From Clostridia bacterium (GTDB lineage: Bacteria; Bacillota; Clostridia; Acetivibrionales; DSM-27016), in contig JAOAIJ010000016.1 of assembly GCA_026414765.1 (NCBI GenBank), positions 6,786 through 38,785 of the forward strand: DNA of 32,000 nucleotides, in the 5' to 3' direction. Positions 1-7,679 of this stretch are shown piece after piece; positions within the stretch are counted from its first letter, which is position 1, and the number at the start of each line of letters is the position of its first letter. The notes under the pieces were generated by a model. That model was not told where the DNA came from, ran no database searches, and worked only from the letters and a program-made list of their open reading frames with translations. The position numbers were made by a program, and so were the translations under genes.

Positions 1-237
1 TATACTAGAAAACTCATTATCTTTAATATGCTCTCTATATTGCTTTATAATTATCTCCCAGGGGAGTCCCATAAATTCTGCATTATTATATACCATTATA
101 CTTACAGGGCTAAATTTTGATAACATAAAGAGTTTTTCTGCTGTGTTATAGAACTTATCACCATTACCAATTGTTACAGCGCTATCTGTAGCTAAGGCAA
201 TTGCCCTTTTATTCATTAAAGCAATTTGTGCTGTCAT
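1..237 (-). CDS. N-terminal 79 codons of a protein that runs off the left edge; N-terminus resembles proteasome/HslV-type Ntn hydrolases (tentative)
   Basis: Absent from the ORF track because there is no stop in the window. Reverse-strand ATG at 235-237 reads MTAQIALMNKRAIALATDSAVTIGNGDKFYNTAEKLFMLSKFSPVSIMVYNNAEFMGLPWEIIIKQYREHIKDNEFSSI. Thr2, then a hydrophobic strand, then A-x-D-S-x-x-T-x-G lines up by eye with HslV (TTIVSV..VVIAGDGQATLG). Same strand as, and downstream of, the 372..1556 gene. Confidence 0.5.
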   Translation of the reverse strand, partial: MTAQIALMNKRAIALATDSAVTIGNGDKFYNTAEKLFMLSKFSPVSIMVYNNAEFMGLPWEIIIKQYREHIKDNEFSSI

Positions 238-371
238 TTTTTACCTCACAATATTTATTATACATATTATTTTGACAAAGATTCCTTATTATGTCAATCA
301 TTTATATTTGTTAGGAATTAGAGAAGTTAATTTTTGCGAAAAATAAATATAATGTGTATTATGAACAACTA

Positions 372-1556
372 CTATGACAGCTGTACATAATTAACCTTTT
401 TTTGGCTTATTTCTCTTGAGTGTTCTTTTGCTTTAGTAATTGCTGTTTTTATTTCATTCTTTATTTCCAGTAACTCTGAACTACTTTTATCTAGTGCATC
501 TACCATTTTTATCTTAAATATAAATTTATCTAACTTTTTTTCTAAGTCTTTACTGAGAGTGTCTAAGAGGCCATGGTTATAATGTATAGAGTCTATCAAA
601 GCTTCGAGAAACATTTTTTTCTCTTCATTGTTACATAAATCTTCATTGGTAATGCTATTGGCGCTATCAATAAGTTTTGAAACTTTAGTACAAACATTAT
701 CTAGGTTATGAATTGAATCAATTATATCGATAAATTCATTTTGAAAATAATACTTATAATTTAATCCGTTAACTATTAGATCTGCCCTTGATTTTGCATC
801 TTCCGGCTTTATAACATTAAAAATTAGATCCTTGTATACTTCCTCAAGTGCGCTAATAAATGGATTTTTAAATGTCTGTTTAATAAGTAAAGGAATTAAA
901 TATAATGTAGTAAATATTAATCCTGCATACTTAATGTTAATCAATAATAACTCACTTTTCATGTTTGTATAAAGGAAGGTTTTATAAGCGATGAGAATTA
1001 GGAATAGTGATATAATAATCTGAAGAACTTTATGAGCCTTATTTGTACCCATAGAACTTGCAGGTACAGGGAATGTATATTTTGAAAAAACGAAGATTAA
1101 AAGTGAAGAAATAATACCCCATGCATAGTAAGATATCATTAAAATTTTAAAACTACCTTGGAATAAACTTAAGTGAAGAATTAAGAATATAATAATTGAA
1201 TACTTTGGTATGTGATAAAAAGATAATTTTTTACTTTCAACCAAAAGGAAGTTGCTGGTATAATAACGATTATTGTTTATCTTGAGTTTATTGATACTAA
1301 AACTAATAGGAAAGTTTCCAATAATTTGCTCAATGATTAGTAATAAAAGTATTATATATATAATTTGGTTAGCTTGACCAAATTTTTTTTCAATTTCCTG
1401 AATTAAGAGCCATATACAACCAGCTATTGCTGTTAATATTATCCATAGGTTCCAGCCTGGTTTAACATGTTCTTGCTTTAATTGATCTATTTGGTATCGT
1501 ATTTGGGTAGCTATTGTTCCGTTAATATTTTGTGGCAACTGATCTTCAAGTATCAT
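372..1556 (-). CDS. Multi-pass membrane protein with a soluble, coiled-coil-like C-terminal domain; function unknown
   Basis: 394-aa ORF. AAGGGG Shine-Dalgarno about 8 nt before the ATG on the reverse strand. About six long hydrophobic segments in residues 40-230, then a charged K/E/D-rich helical tail. No family recognised. Confidence 0.7.
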   Translation of the reverse strand: MILEDQLPQNINGTIATQIRYQIDQLKQEHVKPGWNLWIILTAIAGCIWLLIQEIEKKFGQANQIIYIILLLLIIEQIIGNFPISFSINKLKINNNRYYTSNFLLVESKKLSFYHIPKYSIIIFLILHLSLFQGSFKILMISYYAWGIISSLLIFVFSKYTFPVPASSMGTNKAHKVLQIIISLFLILIAYKTFLYTNMKSELLLINIKYAGLIFTTLYLIPLLIKQTFKNPFISALEEVYKDLIFNVIKPEDAKSRADLIVNGLNYKYYFQNEFIDIIDSIHNLDNVCTKVSKLIDSANSITNEDLCNNEEKKMFLEALIDSIHYNHGLLDTLSKDLEKKLDKFIFKIKMVDALDKSSSELLEIKNEIKTAITKAKEHSREISQKKVNYVQLS

Positions 1557-1708
1557 AGTTTCAGCCCCTTTACATTTTTACGACTTAATTCAAAAAGTTT
1601 TTTATATTACAAATTATATACTTTAGAGTCATTTTAAGTCAATTATTGCTACTGCAATAGCAACACAGCATAATGATAAGATTGCATTATAGAACATATG
1701 TTCGATGT

Positions 1709-1755
1709 GACTACGGATCAGAAGGTTGTGGATTCGATCTCTGCCGGGCGCGCCA
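1709..1755 (+). repeat. Direct repeat copy 1: 3' 47 nt of tRNA-Arg(ACG), an att-type site, not a functional tRNA
   Basis: GA-CTACGGA-TCAGA-AGGTT-GTGGA-TTCGATC-TCTGC-CGGGCGC-G-CCA. This reads as anticodon loop with ACG, 3' anticodon stem, variable loop, T arm, 3' acceptor strand, G73 and CCA. From memory it matches the Firmicutes tRNA-Arg(ACG) 3' half. The upstream sequence is AT-rich, with no GCGCCCG 5' acceptor strand or D arm. Confidence 0.85.
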
Positions 1756-1764
1756 TTAACGAAG

Positions 1765-1806
1765 AAAGCCTTATGTTTCAACGATTTGAGACGTAGGGCT
1801 TTTTTC
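1765..1806 (+). terminator. Imperfect hairpin plus T-run immediately after repeat copy 1
   Basis: AAAGCC...GGCTTTTTT. The arms AAAGCCTTATGT and ACGTAGGGCTTT pair with wobbles and are followed by TTTTT. The position is equivalent to the cleaner terminator after copy 2. Confidence 0.5.
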
Positions 1807-1952
1807 ATACGATGAAATGGTGTCACTCTGATTTTTTGAACTTTTTTGCCTAGTCAGAGGGACACGTGTAGACTTGTTTTCAGCGAATCACAGGGAACGC
1901 ATTTCCGCTTGATTACCCGTTTTGTAAATATTTTTTTAAGGGGACGGGAATC

Positions 1953-2914
1953 ATGAAACAACGAATCAGTATGGCAAAGTTTACGCCAAATAAGACGGTG
2001 AAAGACGGTTATAAGGAATTTATCACGTCATGCAAGGTGAAAAACCTTTCCGAGCAAACAATATTTTACTACGACAAGAATATGAAGATATTCGAGACGT
2101 TTCTTGAAATTCAGGAAATATCGCTTATTAAAGAAATCGACCTGACTGTTGTCAACGAGTTTATTCTCTATTTGAAAGCCCTTGGCACTATGAATGATAT
2201 CAGCATCAATACCGTAATACGTGCAATAAGGGCAATTCTTTACTACTTCCAAAAGCTTGGCTACTGTAAGCCGTTTAAAATAGGTCTCATAAAAGCGGAT
2301 AAAACAATAAAAGAGACGTATACCGACCACGAGCTAAAGCTGCTGCTGGTAAAGCCCACGATGGAACAGTTTGCCGAATACAGGGATTGGGTAACAATTA
2401 ACTTCCTATTAGCCACGGGCGTGAGGGTTGGAGAATTGGTAGGCATCCAGGTAAAGGACGTTGATTTCGAGGATTCGGTGGTTAAGGTGAAACGTGGTAA
2501 GTCAAGGCGTGAAAGACATATACCCCTGTCTAAAACAATCACGAAGGTTCTAATGGAATATATCAGTGTACGCCAATGCAGCAGCGAGGACGATTATTTG
2601 TTCTGTAATACCTTTGGGCAGAAGCTGACGGAGGACTTATGCAAGCACTCCGTATTGAGATACAACCGTGCCCGTGGCGTTAATAAGACCTCACTGCATT
2701 TGTTCCGGCATACCTTCGCAAAAATGTTTATCTCAACGGTGGCGACGTATTTAGGCTGCAAAAGATTTTGGGGCATAAAAGCATTGATATCGTCAAGGAA
2801 TACGTGAATATGTTTACTAACGATTTAAAGGAGAATTTCGATGATTTTAACCCGTTGGAGAGTATAAGTAAGGGGAAAGGCAGCTACATTGATATGAAAA
2901 AGTTTAAACGGTAA
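1953..2914 (+). pseudogene. Tyrosine recombinase (phage-type integrase) disrupted by a 1-nt deletion near 2735
   Basis: The ORF 1953..2807 carries the Arg box (ATGVRVGEL) and HLFRHTF, then turns into nonsense (STVATYLGCKRFWGIKALISSRNT). From 2735 the -1 frame reads NGGDVFRLQKILGHKSIDIVKEYVNMFTNDLKENFDDFNPLE...KR-stop (stop at 2912-2914). That is the canonical C-terminus, including the catalytic-Tyr motif. Frame arithmetic fits a single missing base in TCA(A)ACGG. Confidence 0.8.
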
Positions 2915-2965
2915 TGACGGTTAAGGGGGCGTACTGTAGATAGTCGCCCTTTTGCGTTACCTCTC

Positions 2966-3108
2966 GTATGACAAAGGAATGTCAGTTTGTATGACGTTTA
3001 GTGTCAGGTATGACAGGTGTGCTTATCAAAAATGGTTGATATAGAAAGATTTAACGCTTTTCAATGCAACGATTATGTCAGGCCGTTATACGTAAAACCG
3101 GTATGACA
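2966..3108. promoter_or_regulatory. Cluster of GTATGAC(A/G) motifs with interspersed TGTCAG, between the integrase and the iterons; possible arm-type or accessory-factor binding sites
   Basis: GTATGACA at 2966-2973, 3008-3015 and 3101-3108. GTATGACG at 2989-2996. ATGTCAG or GTGTCAG at about 2980, 3002 and 3076. All lie within 145 bp of non-coding DNA. Confidence 0.35.
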
Positions 3109-3292
3109 CAGCGAGTTCTAAGATAAAGCACCTCTCACCCACGGGGGACTACCCCCTATTCTTTCGTTAAATAAGTGCTTCGACCGTAAATAATATATTT
3201 TGAAATCTGCGACTATAAGCCTTTGATCAAATCCGACCGGAATAACAATACATTAGCGATGCCCCGATGTTCCAAACCCTTTGTTTATCATA

Positions 3293-3467
3293 GGGACAAA
3301 TCCGTCACCACGAAGGGACAGTTCTGTCACCACGAAGGGACAATTCTGTCACTACCGAAGGGACAATTCTGTCACTACCGAAGGGACAATTCTGTCACCA
3401 CCGAAGGGACAATTCTGTCACCACCGAAGGGACAATTCTGTCACCACCGAAGGGACAATTCTGTCCC
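3293..3467 (+). repeat. Iteron array: 7 contiguous 22-23-bp direct repeats plus a terminal half unit
   Basis: Unit starts are 3293, 3315, 3337, 3360, 3383, 3406 and 3429, with a partial unit at 3452. Consensus is GGGACAATTCTGTCACCACCGAA. Each unit holds the small palindrome GACA-ATTC-TGTC. There are no spacers. The array is followed by AT-rich ATTAACTATAACCATATAACTATA. Confidence 0.9.
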
Positions 3468-3868
3468 ATTAACTATAACCATATAACTATATCCAATTAA
3501 ACTATACCTAATAACTAAACGAAAAGAGTTATAAAGACCTACGGACTAATATAGGGTAAGGGCATAGATAAACCGTTTTCTATTTATAATAAAGCGATAT
3601 TAAAGACTTTAAAAAGCATTGTCCTAACTCGGGTCGCCCCTGCCCCTTTCGGAAATGGGATGACTCGTCCGTGACTTTCTAAAGCACGCATAAATGTTAT
3701 GTAAACTCATTCGTTCAAAAACGCCCCTATTTCCGATTTAAGGACAAGTGTAGTGGTTGATATTTATCCGTGGCTAAAGTATCTTAATACGCATTATAGG
3801 GCTTACGTTAAAGCCTAATAAGAACATTAAACCACCTCGCCACAATAATCGGAAACCGGCGAAAGGCA

Positions 3869-4269
3869 ATGAAGAATTTACAATGGTTTATAGGGAACAG
3901 GTCGCCAAGTTCGTTTTGATAGCGAGAAACCACTAACCGATAACGAAAAAGCGTTCTTGTTCACCATGCTGCAGTTTTAGGATATAAAGGCGTAATTAAT
4001 GCACCGGAAAAAGTGGTGTGCATAATGGGCCTGAACGTTACAAGAGCAGGAGAAATGATGGGCTGGAAGCATCCTGACCCATTAACAAGGTGCTGAAGTG
4101 TTTGCAAGAGAAGGGTATAATCAAACTTGTCGACAAACGTTCGAAATATATTGTTCCTAATATGCTGGTATTCTACCGTGGGAGTACAGACAAGCGTAAC
4201 GCTCCGTATAATGAATATGGAAACCTAAATGTAAAGCCATCTGGTGGGGGAGGAAAAAATATTAGATGA
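3869..4269 (+). pseudogene. Decayed replication-initiator-like (winged-helix, RepL/RepA-like) gene
   Basis: No intact ORF. Fragments in different frames read ...PLTDNEKAFLFTMLQF-stop and ...LQEKGIIKLVDKRSKYIVPNMLVFYRGSTDKRNAPYNEYGN... The second fragment is homologous to the 7680..7907 fragment. Relative to that copy there is a 1-nt deletion (GACCCATT versus GACACCATT). The family assignment is a guess from the wHTH-like C-terminus and the neighbouring iterons. Confidence 0.5.
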
Positions 4270-4298
4270 AGGTATTCTGTTCCTTCATTAATAGACAG

Positions 4299-4329
4299 GC
4301 GGTGAGTGCTGATACTCTCGCCTTTTTTA
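4299..4329 (+). terminator. Rho-independent terminator after the rep-like pseudogene
   Basis: GGCGGTGAGTGCTGATACTCTCGCC followed by TTTTTT. A homologous copy lies at 7914-7944. Confidence 0.55.
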
Positions 4330-4588
4330 GTTTATGGTATTAGTTTAGCAAACGGCTGTATGTTTAAAATATATAGATCGTCAACGTCATTGTTAATATA
4401 TGGAGAAACTATTCGGTTTTTCATAAAACATATCAACTACCCTTTATTATAAAAAAATCCAATATTTGCAGGAAAATAAATATTTTCGTCGAATTTAATT
4501 AGTGATTGTGTGTTAATTATACCCAACAATGTAAAATTTATTATGGTGGTTATATGATATAAATGTTTTAAGAAAAGAGGTATTTGCT

Positions 4589-5752
4589 ATGGCTAAGGAA
4601 AAGGTTGTTCAGCAAACTGAATTAGTTGAAAAAGGACAGACAAAAGCTGAAGAGAATTCTAGTTCCCAAAAGAAAAGAGTTAAAATATCTCAAAGCGACA
4701 TTCCACGATTTAGTATTGAAAAGTCTCTTGTTGTCGCTAAAGCCTTATGGGATGAATTTGCGGGTAAAAGTGCTGAGCCACATATGATTGCAATGTCGTT
4801 AAACTTTACTCCCTCAAGTGGTCATTGGAGAAACCTTACTGGCTCTTCTATTGCCTATGGATTAACTGAGGGTGGTTATAACTCTTCCGAGATTGCCCTT
4901 ACACCACTGGGTAAAGCTATAATAGCTCCCACATATGAAGGCGAGACAGAACAAGCCATTATCGAGGCAGTTTTAAAACCTAATATAATAAAAGCATTTT
5001 TTGAAAGGTATAATAAAGCAAAACTTCCATCGCAAAATATAGCACAAAATGTATTAATATCGATGGGAGTGCCGAAGGAAAGAGCAGAAGAAATTTATGA
5101 CCTCATTTTAGAAAACGGCAAGTACTCTGGTATTATTAAGGATATAAAAACTGGGTTTTTTATTGCAATTAGTCCGAGTACTCGTAATAATGTAAGCCAG
5201 GTGGCGGAGGAAGAACCTGAATTGTCGCTAGAACAAGATGAGGAAGTCGAAATAGAGAGTTTTGCTAGAAAAATATCAGCACAACCAGAGCCGAAACCTG
5301 AAGTGATTACTGGTGCTATTGTTAAAGAGAAAAACAATAAAGTTTTTATATCTCACGGAAAAAATAAGCAAGTTGTCGATCAACTAAAAGAGATCATTAA
5401 ATATGGCAAGTATGAGCCTGTAGTTTCTGTAGAAAACGAAACGCTATCTAAACCAGTTCCAGATAAGGTTCTAGATGATATGCGTTCCTGTTTTGCTGGC
5501 GTGATTAACGTACATAGTGAGGGCGAGTTACTTGATCCTGAAGGAAAAAGACATATAAAGATTAATGACAATGTGCTTATTGAAATAGGAGCTGCTATGG
5601 CTTTGTTTGGTGGGAATTATGTTCTATTGGTACAAAAAGGTGTCCAGCTTCCGTCTAATTTGCAAGGATTATACCGGTGTGAATACGAAGGGGATAAATT
5701 AGATTTTGAAGCTACTATGAAGCTACTAAAAACTTTTAATCAATTCAAATAG
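4589..5752 (+). CDS. Two-domain protein: unknown N-terminal domain, acidic linker, then a C-terminal TIR-like domain of the CAP12/PycTIR (predicted nucleotide-binding TIR-like) type
   Basis: AAGAGG Shine-Dalgarno precedes the ATG. The C-terminal roughly 135 aa read KVFISHGKNKQVVDQLKEIIKYGKYEPVV...NVLIEIGAAMALFGGNYVLLVQKGVQLPSNLQGLYRCEYEGD. This matches, from memory, the VFIVHG...NVIFELGYF...V.LPSD..G pattern of that family. Confidence 0.7.
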   Translation: MAKEKVVQQTELVEKGQTKAEENSSSQKKRVKISQSDIPRFSIEKSLVVAKALWDEFAGKSAEPHMIAMSLNFTPSSGHWRNLTGSSIAYGLTEGGYNSSEIALTPLGKAIIAPTYEGETEQAIIEAVLKPNIIKAFFERYNKAKLPSQNIAQNVLISMGVPKERAEEIYDLILENGKYSGIIKDIKTGFFIAISPSTRNNVSQVAEEEPELSLEQDEEVEIESFARKISAQPEPKPEVITGAIVKEKNNKVFISHGKNKQVVDQLKEIIKYGKYEPVVSVENETLSKPVPDKVLDDMRSCFAGVINVHSEGELLDPEGKRHIKINDNVLIEIGAAMALFGGNYVLLVQKGVQLPSNLQGLYRCEYEGDKLDFEATMKLLKTFNQFK

Positions 5753-5920
5753 AGTATTTTTATAGGGTCACTAATAAGCATTTTTTAGAGAAGGATTCGT
5801 TACATAAACGGATCTTTTCTGTTGTTAATGAAATAAACATTCAAGATAAAGCATAAAGATTTGCAATTTTAGGGAATGAGCCTTTGAAATATGCTATAAT
5901 TATTTAAAAGAAGGTGTAAC

Positions 5921-6400
5921 ATGAATATATACCTTGATATGAACGTTTACTATCGCCCTTTTGACGACCAAACGCAGCCTAGAATAGAACTTGAGTCAAA
6001 GGCGATAGAAATAATATTTAAGCTTATTGAACGGTGGCAATATAAAGTGCTTTGGTCTTATATGTTAGACTTTGAAAACGATCGGACGTCATCAAAGGAA
6101 ATGAGTGAAGATATAAAAGTAGTCGCTGAGATTGTTTGTTCGGAAACCGTTGTATGGAATGAAGCTATCGGTATAATGGCTAAAGAAATTGTAGAAAAAT
6201 CTAATGCTCGAAGTAAGGATGCTTTACATCTTGCGTGTGCAATATACGGAAAATGTGAATACTTTATAACATGTGATAATCGATTTATCAGAACAATAAA
6301 ACATAATGAGCAGGCCTTAAAGCACGTATTAGGTTCGATTAAGCTAATGAACCCCGTAGATTTCATTGGGAAGGAGCTGGAGAACGATGTTAACGAATAA
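5921..6400 (+). CDS. PIN-domain protein (putative toxin ribonuclease)
   Basis: GAAGGTG Shine-Dalgarno. The N-terminal IYLDMNV, the central acidic residues and the C-terminal ALHLACAIYGKCEYFITCDNRF fit the four-acidic-residue PIN signature. Confidence 0.75.
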   Translation: MNIYLDMNVYYRPFDDQTQPRIELESKAIEIIFKLIERWQYKVLWSYMLDFENDRTSSKEMSEDIKVVAEIVCSETVVWNEAIGIMAKEIVEKSNARSKDALHLACAIYGKCEYFITCDNRFIRTIKHNEQALKHVLGSIKLMNPVDFIGKELENDVNE

Positions 6401-6614
6401 AAATAACGATATGACCGATGCTGAAATTATAGAAAAGGCTAATAAGGCGATAATAAAAGAGCTTGGTGTTTCCGGGTATATGCGGTATTTACGACTGAGA
6501 CAGCCGAATAACGATGGTAAGGATTATGTAAAAGAGCAGGAAGAATTATATAAGGATTTATCTGTTGATGAGTTGTCTCAGATGGCTCGAAAGCATTGGG
6601 AGAACACGAAATAA
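6387..6614 (+). CDS. Small (75 aa) protein translationally coupled to the PIN gene; candidate antitoxin or partner
   Basis: The ATG at 6387 overlaps the end of the PIN gene (GAACGATGTTAACGAATAA) and is preceded by GGAGCTGGAG. The ORF track's longer start at 6366 lacks a Shine-Dalgarno. No family recognised. Confidence 0.5.
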   Translation: MLTNKNNDMTDAEIIEKANKAIIKELGVSGYMRYLRLRQPNNDGKDYVKEQEELYKDLSVDELSQMARKHWENTK

Positions 6615-6672
6615 TGTTACCATCAACAGTAATAAAATACCGTTGAAAGCCGCCCTTTACCGATGTACAATA

Positions 6673-6770
6673 AAACTATACAAAAACGGTAATCAAATTG
6701 AATGCGTTGACACAGATAACGGTGAAATCCGCTCACTCTGCGGATTTGAAGGACGTTAATGGTGGGTCGG
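6673..6770 (+). repeat. Conserved element-end block, copy A, directly upstream of the tRNA-derived core
   Basis: AAACTATACAAAAACGGTAATCA...GCGTTGACACAGATAACGGTGAAATCCGCTCACTCTGCGGATTTGAAGG... recurs at 11244-11337 with scattered substitutions. Weaker similarity extends back to 6636 / 11185 (AATACCGTT). It contains the hairpin AAATCCGC-TCACTCT-GCGGATTT (6725-6747). Confidence 0.7.
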
Positions 6771-6817
6771 GACTACGGATCAGAAGGTTGTGGATTCGAT
6801 CTCTGCCGGGCGCGCCA
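6771..6817 (+). repeat. Direct repeat copy 2: 3' 47 nt of tRNA-Arg(ACG), an att-type site
   Basis: Identical to 1709-1755 over all 47 nt. The preceding bases (GGTGGGTCGG) cannot form the 5' anticodon stem, D arm or acceptor strand. Confidence 0.85.
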
Positions 6818-6823
6818 AATGCG

Positions 6824-6866
6824 AAAACCCTACAGTTTCAAGACTTGTAGGGTTTTTATTTTTTTT
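6824..6866 (+). terminator. Rho-independent terminator after repeat copy 2
   Basis: AACCCTACA (6826-6834) pairs with TGTAGGGTT (6846-6854) and is followed by TTTATTTTTTTT. Confidence 0.8.
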
Positions 6867-7117
6867 GTAAGATTTCTGACCAAAGGGTAGTCAGATGATT
6901 GTTGTTTTTACTGGAAAGTAGGTTTTATGCGGATTATTGGACTTTGACCATAAATGATCAGAGTGATCAAAACCTACAAAAGGTAACGTCATAGTTTGCC
7001 AATTTTACACTTTTAGATTATAATGTGGCTAAAATTAATATACATTTGTTTGAAACTATGAATTAATGGTTATTATGTAATTTCGCCAATAAATAGGAAT
7101 TTATAGAGGACAACACA

Positions 7118-7621
7118 ATGCAAAATGAAGCAAAATTGATTATACTAAGAGGAAATTCTGGAAGTGGAAAATCTACAACAGCAAAGATGTTACAAAGAAA
7201 ATTTGGTAGAGGTACTTTAGTAATACCTCAAGATACAATAAGGCGTGAAATGCTATGGGTAAAAGATGAGAAGGGTACAAAAGCTATTCCACTGCTAATT
7301 GGACTAGCGAAATATGGAAAACAAAATTGTAACATTGTTATTGTAGAGGGAATTTTATATTCTGATCTGTATATGGAACTATTCGAGATGTTAAAGTTAG
7401 AATTTAACAATATATATGCATATTATTATGACATAACGTTTGAAGAAACTTTAATTAGGCATCAAACAAAGCTGAATCGCAATCAATTTGGAGAAAATGA
7501 AATGAAGCGTTGGTGGAGGGAAAGAGATTATATAGGTATTATACCGGAAAAAAGTATAACCAATGAACTAAGCTTAGAGGAAATTGTACAAATGATTTTT
7601 TCAGATGTTATGAGCAAGTAA
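7118..7621 (+). CDS. Small P-loop NTPase/kinase (AAA_33 / zeta-toxin-like kinase fold)
   Basis: AGAGGA Shine-Dalgarno. Walker A GNSGSGKST near the N-terminus. 167 aa, a typical size for small nucleotide or small-molecule kinases. Confidence 0.7.
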   Translation: MQNEAKLIILRGNSGSGKSTTAKMLQRKFGRGTLVIPQDTIRREMLWVKDEKGTKAIPLLIGLAKYGKQNCNIVIVEGILYSDLYMELFEMLKLEFNNIYAYYYDITFEETLIRHQTKLNRNQFGENEMKRWWRERDYIGIIPEKSITNELSLEEIVQMIFSDVMSK

Positions 7622-7679
7622 TATCCAATTTATGGTTGAGATACTCCGTACTCTTTATAAAATACAAATGATAGGCTAG

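Noticed and set aside
1629-1826. 65-aa reverse-strand ORF
   Set aside because: It lies antisense across the tRNA-Arg-derived repeat and its terminator. It has no Shine-Dalgarno, and the region is explained by the att site.
2028-2776. Reverse-strand ORFs 2028..2330, 2261..2542 and 2594..2776
   Set aside because: All three lie antisense within the integrase gene, which has clear tyrosine-recombinase motifs.
3293-3467. Possible CRISPR array
   Set aside because: The repeats are contiguous with no unique spacers, the units are only 22-23 bp, and there are no cas genes. This fits iterons, not CRISPR.
3223-3486. ORFs 3223..3486 and 3281..3472, with repetitive translations (GQFCHH.RRDNSVTTEGTILS...)
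   Set aside because: They are reading-frame artefacts of the 22-23-bp iteron array. The peptide periodicity mirrors the DNA repeat, both overlapping frames are open, and there is no Shine-Dalgarno.
6565-6759. 64-aa ORF spanning the conserved element-end block
   Set aside because: It overlaps the end of the 6387..6614 gene out of frame. It runs through a region whose copy at 11185-11337 does not keep the reading frame because of indels.
6636-6817. Intact tRNA, tRNA-Sec or tmRNA 3' domain ending in GCGCGCCA
   Set aside because: The T arm, acceptor strand and CCA are real, but the required 5' strand GCGCCCG, the D arm and the 5' anticodon stem are absent within 100 nt of every copy. The acceptor sequence and G73 do not fit tmRNA (GGGG... 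/ A73). The hairpin loop TCACTCT lacks U33. The sequence is fully explained as the 3' half of tRNA-Arg(ACG).
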